Source: Nitrospirota bacterium (GTDB lineage Bacteria > Nitrospirota > Nitrospiria > Nitrospirales > Nitrospiraceae). Taken from it: a stretch of DNA of 64,000 bases. The stretch is taken from assembly GCA_963703955.1 (NCBI GenBank), contig CAVPGK010000017.1, positions 256,001-320,000 of the forward strand, in the 5' to 3' direction. Each line of letters begins with the position of its first letter. The first letter of the stretch is position 1. The notes beneath the pieces were generated by a model. That model made no database searches. It was not told where the DNA came from and worked only from the letters and a program-made list of their open reading frames with translations. This document shows, in pieces, positions 54,268-64,000 of this stretch. The position numbers were made by a program, and so were the translations under genes.

Positions 54268-57002
54268 TCACTCGTGCCGGAGAATCGCCAGCGGTCGCTG
54301 GCCCAGGATGCGGAAGGTGCTCAGGAAGCCGACGAGGAGAGTAAGAATTATGGTGAGGACAAATGCGATCGCCAGGACTTCTGGGTGAAAAGTCCAGGTC
54401 AGGTCCATGAAGAAATGAAGGACCGCCCACGATAGTGCGCTCGCCAGCGCGATACCAATGATTCCGGACACGATGCCCATGATGGCGTATTCCACTGCAA
54501 ATGATCCGGCGATGAGGTGACGGGTGGCGCCCAGCGCTTTGAAAACGACCGATTCATAGAGTCGACGATAGCGGCTCGTGGCCAGCGCTGCCGCCATGAC
54601 GATCGCGCCGGCTAGAATGCAAAATAGCGCCACCGTTCTGATGGCGAACGAGAGGTGCTCAAGAATGCGGGCAAAACTGTCCATGACCTCCCCGATGTTG
54701 ATGGCCGTCACATTGGGAAAGGCTGCGACGACCGCTTGCTGTAAGGGCACCTCTTCTTCAGGTTTCACCCGCACCGTGGCCACGTAGGTAAAGGGCGCTC
54801 CGTCCAGTGACCCCGGGGACAGGATCATATAAAAATTTGTAGAAAAATTGTTCCATTCCACCTTTCTGATGCTGCTCACCTCCGCGGACAATATCGTCCC
54901 TTGAATATCGAACTCCACGGTCGACCCCACGTCTAGTCCCATGTTCTTGGCCGCCTCTTCTTCGACGGACACAAGCGCGCGCGGAACCTTCTCCCCATGG
55001 AACCACCACTGCCCTTTCATGATGGTGTTGTCTTTCGGCAGACGGTCCAGAAACGTCAGCACATACTCGCGGGTGAAGTACCAGGATTTCCCCCGTTCGC
55101 CCTGTTCACGCTCTTGCCCGCCTCGATCAGGCCGTTCGTCCTCGTTCAGGGCGATGGCCTGGCCGTTGACGGCGTGCAATCGCGATCGGACCAGCGGCGT
55201 CATCTCCGGTCGGACACCAACCAAGCGATCCTGGACCAGGCGCTGGAACCCGCCCTTCTGGTCAGGCTGAATATCGATGAAAAAAAAGGTCGGTGCGTCA
55301 ACCGGACGGCTCTCTCCGATCTGATGGACTAGCGACCGCTCGAGCAGGGAGACTGCGACAATGATCATGACCCCAATGCCGACGGAGACCATCACACTTG
55401 CGGCCTGACTGCCGGGTCGATGTAGGTTTCCCATCGCGTGGCGGACGGCGAGAGACCGCGGACTGGGGGCGCGCATCAGCAGAGCCATCAGCAGCCTCGC
55501 CGTGACTTGCAGAAGAAGAACCGCGGCCGCCAATGCGCCCATGAACAGCAATCCGATGCTCAGCGATCCGGCCTGCCAGATGGCGAGGCCTGCCAATCCG
55601 AGCACGATGGCCAGAGCGGTGATCCAGCGCAAGGGGTCGGCGGCCAGTTGGGTCCACACATCGCACCGCCAGCCTGTCTTTTCGGAAACGACCACCGGCG
55701 TGACGTTTTCTCGAAAGACCAAGGCGGGGCGAATTTCTCGGATCCGCTAGCAAGGGCCACAAGGTAAACAAGAGCGTTGTGGCACTGCCGAGCGCGAGGC
55801 CCTTGATCACCGGAAGTATGGGAAATGCCGTGTGGCTGATGGTGACTTCGAGCAGATCGTGGGGAACGAAGCCGGCCAGGAGTTCTCGGTATCAATCCTT
55901 GAAGTGAGAGGCCAAGGACGGCACCCGCTAGACTCCCGAGAAGCCCAAGCCCGAGAGCCTGAACTAAATAAGTCCGCACCACTGTCCCCGAATCGGCTCC
56001 CAAGGTTTTCAAGATCGCAATGGTCTTGAGCTTGTCTTTGAGAAAGGCGTGCACCGTGCTGGCGACGCCGATTCCGCCGACGAAGAGCGCGGTTAACCCG
56101 ACCAAGCCGAGATAGCGCGTGAGTTGATCCAGGAAACGCCGGAGTTGGGGTTGGGCCTCTCGATAGGAAGAGACCCGAGCCGAATCCGCGGCGAGCTGGC
56201 CTCGTAGCTCAACGAGCACCGGCTGTGGCGGCACAGCCGGCGGTAGACGTAAGAGATACCGTTCGCGCACACGACTCCCCGGTTTGATCAGATCGGCGGC
56301 AGCCAACCCTTCTTGCGAAATCATCACGCGCGGCCCAAGACTGAAGGCGCTAGCCGCGCGGTCCGGTTCCTGGCGAACCACGGCGGTGATCGTGAACGTT
56401 GCCTGCCCGATTTTCAGGTGATCGCCGACCGAAAGCCCCATCTTGATCAGCAGGGATTCCTGAACTATCGCCCCATGACAGAAGATCCTCTCTTTTCCCT
56501 CTCTCCCCTCGCGGGAGAGGGTCTGGGGGAGCAGGTCTTGAAGTGAATGACAGGTTTCCGTGGGTGAAGTCAGCAGGTCGCGCAGCGAACGGTCCGAGGT
56601 GGTCTTTACCACGCCGTAGAACGGATAGCCCGCCTCGACCGCCTTGAGTTCGACAATCTGTGTCGGGCGGGCAATGGTACCCCCGCCGCGATCAGGGGCG
56701 CGCTCCGCCTGTGAACCCATCGCGATCAGCTCGCTGACGTGGGTGGTCTCGATCCCACGGGCGCCGAGTGTGGCAAGGAAGGATTTCCCATGTTCACTGA
56801 TGGGGCGAGTCAGACGGACTTCCAGATCGCCTCCCATGAGGGAACGGGCCTCCCGCGTCACCGTTCGCTCGACATTCGACGCGAACGTGCCGACGCCGAC
56901 CAAGGCCCCTACGCCAAGCGTGATGCAGACGAAGAAATACAGAAAATGCCGCCACGCCGCCCGCGTCTCCCGCCAGGCCATGTTCACGATGAAAGATCTC
57001 AC
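54268..57002 (-). CDS. YbbP-like FtsX-family ABC permease, frameshifted near 55880 and 55740
   Basis: MAWRETRAAW, ELKAV..GYPFYG, IAILKTLGA, PTFFFIDIQPDQ, FKALGA. Confidence 0.85.
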
Positions 57003-57096
57003 GTTCCCCTTCTATTTCTCAGGGACAGATAGATTCAGCCGGTCCTCGCATGCCGCGCGCGACAAGGATGTATTCCCTCGACGCGCGTAAGCAGAA

Positions 57097-57780
57097 TCAA
57101 CCCGTCTCCCGCCCCAATTCATCGGATTCGATTCGGCCGTCGCGTAGCGTGATGATGCGCTCGGCGAACGAGGCGAGGGCCGTATCATGGGTAACCAGCA
57201 CGAGCGTGCTGCCGTAATCTCGGTTCAAACCGAGCAACAGATCAATCACCTGCTCGCCGGTCGTCGAGTCGAGATTGCCGGTCGGCTCATCCGCGAGCAA
57301 GATCGGTGGCTGGCAGGCGAACGCTCGAGCGACTGCCACACGCTGCTGCTCACCGCCAGAAAGTTGCACGGGATAGTGCTCTTGGCGGTCCTTCAACCCG
57401 ACGGCGATCAAGAGTTCGGCGGAGCGAGTCCGCGCGAGACGGTTGCCGTTGAGCTCCAACGGTACCATGACATTCTCAATCGCCGTGAGTGTGGGGATTA
57501 AATGAAAGGACTGAAAAATGTACCCGATCTTCTGCCGGCGATAGCGCGCCATCTCGTTCTCATGAAGCGTCGTGATTTCAACACCGTCGAGGGAAATCGA
57601 TCCTGACGTGGGTTTATCGAGCCCGGCGATCAGTCCCAACAGCGTCGATTTGCCGCTCCCGGACGGCCCCACGATGGCCACCATTTGCTTCTCCGGAATC
57701 TCCAGCGTCACATCGTCCAAGATAGTGACGGCGTGGCCGCCGCCGGTGAGACGCATCGTCACATTCTTAACAGCAATCAT
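57097..57780 (-). CDS. YbbA-like ABC transporter ATP-binding protein
   Basis: GPSGSGKST, LSGGEQQR, ADEPTGNLD. Confidence 0.92.
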   Translation of the reverse strand: MIAVKNVTMRLTGGGHAVTILDDVTLEIPEKQMVAIVGPSGSGKSTLLGLIAGLDKPTSGSISLDGVEITTLHENEMARYRRQKIGYIFQSFHLIPTLTAIENVMVPLELNGNRLARTRSAELLIAVGLKDRQEHYPVQLSGGEQQRVAVARAFACQPPILLADEPTGNLDSTTGEQVIDLLLGLNRDYGSTLVLVTHDTALASFAERIITLRDGRIESDELGRETG

Positions 57781-57884
57781 GCCGTCTTTCCGTGATCGCG
57801 ATGAAGTGTGGTACCTTCGATATGAAGGCTCTATTATACTGTATGGTAGGTCTCGTTGAGACGCTGACGCAGACAGAGATTGAC

Positions 57885-58706
57885 ATGGCGACATTGTGGT
57901 CATGGTTCCATGCGCGACGGCTTCTGGTCGTTTTCTGGGCATTGATGGGGCTGACAGTCGCGGCCTGTGAGCCGTCATCTGAGCCGCCGCCGTCCCCGAC
58001 CTCGCCGGGCGTAGGGTCCCCTGCTCCTCATGATGGGTTTGGCCCTCGATTCGGGACGGACGTCACGGGCCAGCCGGCTCGCGGCGCTGAACTGACACGC
58101 GACGATGTTCCCAAGATCGTCGCGTTCGGTGACAGCCTCACGGCTGGACTCGGCGTCTCACCGGATGAGTCCTACCCGGCGCAGCTTCAGCGAAAGCTGA
58201 ATGAGGCCGGCTATCGTTACCGCGTGATCAATGCGGGCGTCAGCGGAGATACGACGGCCGGCGGGATCCGTCGGGTGGATTGGGTGCTCAAGAGCCGGCC
58301 TGACATTGTGATCCTGGAGTTGGGCGCCAACGACGGCCTTCGCGGGCTTTCGATCGATCAGGTGCGAGCCAACCTCGAGCGGATCATTCAACGATTGCAA
58401 GCCGCCGGCGTGAAGGTGGTTCTGGCAGGGATGAAGCTGCCCCCGAATTACGGAGCCGACTACACAGCGCGCTTCGCCGCTCTGTACGAGGAACTGGCTC
58501 GTCGCTACCGCGTGACGACGATGCCGTTCTTTCTTGAGGGGGTTGGCGCGCAGACTGCGCTGAATCAAGCCGACGGCATTCATCCGACGGGCGCGGGCTA
58601 CCGTGTGATCGTGGACCACCTCTTGCCTGTCTTGGAGCCGCTCTTGTCGAAGGCTCCGCGGGCCAAGCTGGAAGAAAAATCTATCCCTACCCGCGCGATG
58701 GTGTGA
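57885..58706 (+). CDS. Arylesterase/acyl-CoA thioesterase I (TesA-like), probable lipoprotein
   Basis: FGDSLTAG, NAGVSGDTT, ELGANDG, DGIHP, VAAC lipobox, divergent from the ybbA-like gene. Confidence 0.9.
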   Translation: MATLWSWFHARRLLVVFWALMGLTVAACEPSSEPPPSPTSPGVGSPAPHDGFGPRFGTDVTGQPARGAELTRDDVPKIVAFGDSLTAGLGVSPDESYPAQLQRKLNEAGYRYRVINAGVSGDTTAGGIRRVDWVLKSRPDIVILELGANDGLRGLSIDQVRANLERIIQRLQAAGVKVVLAGMKLPPNYGADYTARFAALYEELARRYRVTTMPFFLEGVGAQTALNQADGIHPTGAGYRVIVDHLLPVLEPLLSKAPRAKLEEKSIPTRAMV

Positions 58707-58715
58707 TCATCCGGG

Positions 58716-58901
58716 TCAGGACTTTTTGAAGAAGGTGTCGTACACGCCGTAGACCAGGATCACGCCGATCAGTGTGTAATACATATATGAAACGCCGCTA
58801 TAATCCGCCGACCCGCCTTTCGCCTCGTTGGCCAGCGCAAGAGACCCGCTCAGAACAACCGACGCACACGCCTCCAACATTCCCGACCAAGCTCTTCTCA
58901 T
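58716..58901 (-). CDS. 61-aa small membrane protein
   Basis: SD AAGGAGGAG, signal-like segment ending ALA, C-terminal TM then FFKKS. Confidence 0.7.
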   Translation of the reverse strand: MRRAWSGMLEACASVVLSGSLALANEAKGGSADYSGVSYMYYTLIGVILVYGVYDTFFKKS

Positions 58902-59061
58902 GAGAGACTCCTCCTTTGTTACAGGCACTATTATTAATAGAGAGCAGGCAAACGGGGGCAGATTCTACGGAACTTCCCAAGCCGGACGCAAGCATGAAGG
59001 CAGGCTTCCTACTGGTGCCGGATTGTCCATCCGAGTACACTCCTGGCTTGTCTGATTCATA

Positions 59062-59715
59062 ATGGAGAGCGCGCTGATGCAGGAATGGATTGCCACATGG
59101 TTTCAATGGGTTCACGACTGGGGATATCCGGGAATTATCTTGCTGATGGCGCTTGAGAGTTCCGTGTTTCCGATTCCAAGCGAAATCGTGATCCCGCCGG
59201 CGGCTTATTGGGCCGCGCAAGGTCGATACAGCTTCACGGGCGTGGTGCTTGCCGGGACCTTTGGCAGCTACCTCGGGGCGGCCGCGACCTACTGGGCAGC
59301 TCGTTTGACGGGACGCCCCCTATTGCTTCGATACGGCAAATTCGCCTTTTGTCCCGAGGCAAAACTGCTTCGAGCCGAACGATGGCTCGCGCGTTACGAA
59401 GCAGGCGGCGTCTTTTTTGCCAGACTCGTTCCCGTCGTCCGCCATCTGATTGGCATTCCAGCCGGCATTGTTCGCATGCCGTTCGGCTTATACAGCCTCA
59501 TGACGGTCGTGGGCGCAGGATTGTGGTGCTGGGTCTTGGCTTGGTTCGGCGGGGATCTGCTCGGGAGCCAACCGGATTTGGTAAAGAATCCAACCCTGCT
59601 TGTGCGGGTGGTGCAGGAGCGTTCGTATCTCGTCGGCGGCTTTGCGGTCGCCCTATGCGCACTCTACCTGTTTGTAATGCGAGTGACAGGCAAGCCTGCC
59701 TCCTCACGGTCATGA
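59062..59715 (+). CDS. DedA family protein
   Basis: LMALESSVFPIPSE, FFARLVPVVRHLIGIPAG. Confidence 0.92.
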   Translation: MESALMQEWIATWFQWVHDWGYPGIILLMALESSVFPIPSEIVIPPAAYWAAQGRYSFTGVVLAGTFGSYLGAAATYWAARLTGRPLLLRYGKFAFCPEAKLLRAERWLARYEAGGVFFARLVPVVRHLIGIPAGIVRMPFGLYSLMTVVGAGLWCWVLAWFGGDLLGSQPDLVKNPTLLVRVVQERSYLVGGFAVALCALYLFVMRVTGKPASSRS

Positions 59716-59748
59716 TCACGGAGCCGGATGGGCGCGCGAACTCGACGG

Positions 59749-60633
59749 TTAGCGCGAATGCGGCTTGGCGAGGCCCTGAAGGGCTGTGGATATTTCTTTA
59801 CACGAGGTGCCGAGTCGGTCAAGTTGGGAGGCTTTCTGGAGCAGTTCGGTCGCCAGGACCTTGACCTGTCCGTCGAAACGATCGATGTCTTTGGCCAGCT
59901 CGGCCAATCTCGTGAGTACCGCGGTGTGGCCGGCGATCTCACGTTCCAGGTTTTCGACCTTGGCTCGGGCTTCTTCGCCCTCCTGCGTCGTCGTCTGCAA
60001 TTGCTGATTCAGTCGCGATAGCTGATCGTCGCGATCGCGGAGATCGGTTTCAAGAGACCGCTGTTTCTCTTCCCCGAACCGACGGCGATCATCGAGTCGC
60101 TGAATCGCAGTGATCCAGCCAAACACTTCGCCAGTTTTGATATTAGGCCCGGCCGGCAACACGTGTCCGCCTTCCAACGCCTTCACCACGGCCTGAAGCC
60201 ACTCGATGAAGGCAGTGATCTCACCGAGTTTGATATCCAACGTCGGTATCGAAGGCGCAGGTTTGGTTGCCGGAGGGCCGTTGGCCGGTCGATCCGGAGT
60301 TCGAGAGACGCTTTTCGGGCTGACCCATCGATGATATTCGAGCAGGGCAGCCACCGAATGCCGGCAGAAGGGCTGCTCGTTCAGCGTACAGGTGCATTTG
60401 ATGCCCAAAGTGCCATCCTTCAAGCGAACGGTTTGGTCATACACACCGGAATTCCCGATGACCACCGAGGAGATTTGGCATTCATCGGCCTCGACGATCC
60501 GGACCCGATTCTCGGCTAAGTATTGGTTTGCAATCTGAAAAGCCGGAGGTTCGACGACTGATTGAATCATGGACGGCTCCAGCAAGCTCAACCGCTGGGC
60601 AGAACAGGAAATCTTCCCGCGCATCGTGACCAT
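59749..60633 (-). CDS. SWIM zinc-finger protein with coiled-coil C-terminus, start uncertain
   Basis: CTCTLNEQPFCRH (CxC..CxH) and a heptad-rich tail. Confidence 0.8.
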   Translation of the reverse strand: MVTMRGKISCSAQRLSLLEPSMIQSVVEPPAFQIANQYLAENRVRIVEADECQISSVVIGNSGVYDQTVRLKDGTLGIKCTCTLNEQPFCRHSVAALLEYHRWVSPKSVSRTPDRPANGPPATKPAPSIPTLDIKLGEITAFIEWLQAVVKALEGGHVLPAGPNIKTGEVFGWITAIQRLDDRRRFGEEKQRSLETDLRDRDDQLSRLNQQLQTTTQEGEEARAKVENLEREIAGHTAVLTRLAELAKDIDRFDGQVKVLATELLQKASQLDRLGTSCKEISTALQGLAKPHSR

Positions 60634-60927
60634 CTCCTGTGAAGGTTCAGAGCGATCATACGTACTACCTGCTACAGTCTACCTCCTGGCGCGCAGGATC
60701 AATGCTACAAAAGGATATTCGCTCTATTCGTCCGTGCTGAATGGATCGATGGTTCAGGAGCGGAACGCTATGAAGCGTCAACTACTTAGGCTTACTTAGT
60801 CGAGAGACTGAGAGGTTGAGGCTCTGCCACGAACGCCAGCGTGCCTGCCCTCGCAGGGGTGCCAAGATTTGCCAAAGGCGAGGATTTCCTTCGTTTGGGA
60901 AAAGCCGGGAGGTCGTAGCAGACGTTA

Positions 60928-61899
60928 TCAGCGGCATCGCTTGGCTGGGCCGTGAGCGCCTACCGGCGTGAGCCAGACATAGTCGGCAATTGATTCCTGC
61001 AAAAGACTCTTCACTTCTTCCACGGAACCGGAGTCGAGCGAGGTCATATAGACCGTCGTTTGTTTTACCTCGCCGTTGGTTTTCAGCAGCACACGATCCG
61101 GCACCGGCAAGTGATATTGGATATGTCCCCCTCCCGTGTAGCTGACCAGGGGGCCGATTCTTCCGTCGGTCTCTGTCTTGGTCCGAGCCAGATAGTCGGC
61201 AATGGTTTTGGCCATGCTTTCGTCCCGAAACAGAGAGGCTTCATACATGCGCTGATACCCGTCGTCCGACATGCCGCCATGACAGAGTCGCAGTTGCCTC
61301 ACGATCATATCCCGGTAGACGGCAGTATCGACGAAGATGTGATCCTGCATGCCCCAGCGACCCATCTCCGCATCGCTCAAGGCCCGCGCGAGTCCCTGCG
61401 AAGCGACACGGCGAACCAGCGGTCTGGGCGGATTCAGAGCAAGTATGGGCAAGCGGTGTTCCCGGGCGAAGCTGATCAGCGGAGCATACTCGTCGAACGG
61501 TCCGCCCCAATTTTGCTCCCATCGTGACGCCTCCAAAAAATGGTCCCGAGATGTCTCGCTTTCCGAGAGGTATTGGTCCAGCCCCGATTGTCCATCCCAC
61601 CCGAACATTTCCACCGCGAGCGCCGGTTCGCGCTTGTACTCGAGCAACGCTCGGAGAATCTTGAGCGCCGCATCAATGTGCCAATTATTTCGATGCTCTT
61701 CACCAAGGTAGATCACATCCTTCTCGTTCAGGAGAGCCACCCACGCCTCGAATGCGATGGCGTGACCGGACTTAACCTCGATTACTTGCCATTCGATGAA
61801 AGGATGGGAAAGTGGGTTGTCCGCCGACCGAGAGGCCGGAGTGTGAAGGAGCAACAGGAACGCCGGAGGAATAAGGAGAAACAAGAAAGGATGGCGCAT
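60928..61899 (-). CDS. ChaN-like family exported protein
   Basis: VIYLGEEH, LAVEMF, Y.PL..FARE, RDESMA, GGGH. Confidence 0.8.
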   Translation of the reverse strand: MRHPFLFLLIPPAFLLLLHTPASRSADNPLSHPFIEWQVIEVKSGHAIAFEAWVALLNEKDVIYLGEEHRNNWHIDAALKILRALLEYKREPALAVEMFGWDGQSGLDQYLSESETSRDHFLEASRWEQNWGGPFDEYAPLISFAREHRLPILALNPPRPLVRRVASQGLARALSDAEMGRWGMQDHIFVDTAVYRDMIVRQLRLCHGGMSDDGYQRMYEASLFRDESMAKTIADYLARTKTETDGRIGPLVSYTGGGHIQYHLPVPDRVLLKTNGEVKQTTVYMTSLDSGSVEEVKSLLQESIADYVWLTPVGAHGPAKRCR

Positions 61900-62026
61900 T
61901 TGGGGTGTGTCGTAGCACAAGCATCTTCTAGCGGCAAGCCCCACCTTGACGGGATACTGGCAGGTGGCTATTCTGCGTCCATTGTTCAATTGATTCCTTC
62001 CGAGACCTCCGGCATGCCTTGTCCTC

Positions 62027-63207
62027 ATGATCCTTGAACCGCAGCTCCTCATCCAGTTGAAGGAACAATTGAGGCGATCGCGCGAAGTCGACGAGGAAGC
62101 CTGGGGTCTGTCACGTAAACTGGTGACACGGGCATCCCCTGCCCTCAACGCTCACGAAGCTGAGCGAGGCGATCCAGGCGTCTTCCCTCCCCGGGGCGCT
62201 CCGGGATGCGTTGGTCAGCGGGTTGCGCCGTGGAGCGATTGATCACGATCCTCCTGGTGACCCACTCAAGCAGCTGACCGGCCTTCCCCACACGAAGGCG
62301 GTCCGTGCGCTGTGCGTGTTGTTCGGGCTGGCGGCGGGAGTCCGGGAGCCCGTCCCGGTTTCTCACTTGCGGCCGGCTGAAATCGAGCAATTCCTCCGGA
62401 CCCACAACAATCCGTTTGATCTGCTGCTCCACGCCGACGTGGCCTCGACCCTCGACTTGGGAACGGGCGATCCAGGCGGATCCGGTTCTGATCGAGAGGC
62501 TACACACACATTCCCCGGGTCTTCGTTTCCGGTTTTGGGGGAATCAAGACATGTTTGAACTGGAGCACGTGAAGGGGCTCTGGCCGCGGTACACGATCGC
62601 AACCTGCAATGCGCCGGCGACACCGACCTTTGCCTATGATCCGACCCGGGTTTCCCCGCTTCTCATCGAGCAACATCTTCGAAACACGAAAGGCGAATTC
62701 AAGAAGGTTCGGTGTGACGGAGAAGAGGCGCTCGAAGTCCGCCATCAAGGCCGCATGCTGCTCTTCCCACCTTGGAAGTTCGACATCCACGGCCCGTTGG
62801 CCCTTTTGGATCTGCTATCCAGACAAGGCAAGGTGTGCGTGCTGGCCTCGGTAGATTCACAGGTCTTTTGGGAAATGCTCTCCCAACTCCTCGCAGACCC
62901 AGCTCTTCGTCCGCCGGACAGGATCTTCGATCGGTCCATGATCCCTGATCTGTTCGGTCCTCTGCATGCCCAACTGACTACACTGTCCATCGGGGGTTCC
63001 CTTGTCCTCTCCGACATGGCTGAACCCAGACCGGCTATACCCCGTGTGCTTGGGGAGGCAGCCGGCTCGGACTACGCCTTTCGATATCTGGAAATTCGTC
63101 GCGGCGCGCTGTTCGAAGGCATCCCTTGCAGCCGAACGGCGCGTTTGTTCCGCACGATGACCGAGGAAGAACCACCGTGGTTTGTGATCCTCGTGCCCGA
63201 TGAATAG
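62027..63207 (+). pseudogene. Disrupted hypothetical gene with a methyltransferase-like LDLGxGD motif
   Basis: Coding-like sequence runs across three ORFs (62027..62242, 62211..62558, 62305..63207). Confidence 0.55.
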
Positions 63208-63281
63208 CAAAATTGACGCTCTGCAGGTCGTTTGCTAGACTTTTTTCATCCCCCCGCACTGCAACCGCCGGTATTCAATTC

Positions 63282-64000
63282 ATGACCATGACGAAGAAAA
63301 TCCAACTCTTGCAATCCAATATTGAGCAGGTCATTAAGGGAAAGGACGAGGTCATCACATGGGCGGTGGTCTGTCTCCTGGCCCGCGGCCATCTCTTGAT
63401 CGAAGATGTCCCCGGAGTCGGGAAGACCACCTTGGCGCAGGCCCTGGCTCGGTCCATTGATTGCTCCTTTCGGCGCATTCAATTCACCAGTGATCTCTTG
63501 CCGTCCGACATTCTCGGCGTTTCCATCTTTAATCGGCAGAAGCAGGCGTTTGAGTTCATGCCTGGTCCCATTTTTTCTCATATCGTGCTGGCGGATGAAA
63601 TCAATCGGACGACCCCAAAGACACAGAGTAGCCTGCTCGAGGCGATGAATGAGTCCCAAGTCTCGATGGATAACGAAACCCGTGACCTCCCCCAACCGTT
63701 CATGGTGATCGCCACGCAAAATCCTTCCGAGCACCACGGCACCTTTCCGTTACCGGAATCGCAATTGGATCGATTTCTCATGCAGATTCGGATCGGGTAT
63801 CCCGACGTCTCGGCGGAAAAAAAGATTCTAGACCGGCCGGGCGCCCTGCATCCGTCCGATGAACTGTCGCCGGTGCTCACCGCTGAAGACGTGATCGAGT
63901 TGCAACAGACAGTTGATAGAATTAGCCTCGACGAGACACTGTTGGACTACTTGCTCGCCATCGTGGCCGAGACGCGCCGAAGCGAATTGCTGGCTCTTGG
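63282..64000 (+). CDS. MoxR family AAA+ ATPase, 3'-truncated by window edge
   Basis: Hand translation GHLLIEDVPGVGKTT, RIQFTSDLLPSD, LADEINR, IATQNP, LPESQLDRF. Confidence 0.93.
   Translation, partial: MTMTKKIQLLQSNIEQVIKGKDEVITWAVVCLLARGHLLIEDVPGVGKTTLAQALARSIDCSFRRIQFTSDLLPSDILGVSIFNRQKQAFEFMPGPIFSHIVLADEINRTTPKTQSSLLEAMNESQVSMDNETRDLPQPFMVIATQNPSEHHGTFPLPESQLDRFLMQIRIGYPDVSAEKKILDRPGALHPSDELSPVLTAEDVIELQQTVDRISLDETLLDYLLAIVAETRRSELLAL

Noticed and set aside
57054..57090. Possible third repeat-family fragment (GCGCGCGAC...TCGACGCGCG)
   Set aside because: Too short, with no second copy in the window

Overview
This is a 64 kb bacterial chromosomal segment, most likely Nitrospira-like. That is inferred from gene content, the split F1-only atp operon and the style of the intergenic repeats. 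From left to right it holds: an alpha-E / Zn-peptidase / transglutaminase-amidoligase / Anbu cluster, two tandem single-haem DUF3365 genes, atpHAGDC, and the mnmA-bactofilin-parBA-rsmG-mnmG-mnmE-yidC-yidD-rnpA-rpmH block with two perfect parS palindromes but no dnaA. Next come a sigma54-type promoter ahead of a Lys-tailed small protein, a Lys-tailed coiled-coil lipoprotein and three L,D-transpeptidase-fold genes, followed by a collapsed pgi-like remnant with pgl-glk-rpiA and an M1 aminopeptidase. An accessory patch follows, with a methyltransferase, a ParE fragment, a degenerate integron carrying one intact attC cassette, and a PEP-CTERM protein. The rest is two MFS transporters, a very large Cache-like membrane protein, PPi-type PFK, DUF748, ybbP/ybbA/tesA, DedA, SWIM, ChaN-like and a MoxR ATPase. 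Several genes, including essential atpD, carry small frameshifts that look like assembly indel errors. All family assignments come from motif recognition by eye, and no searches were run.
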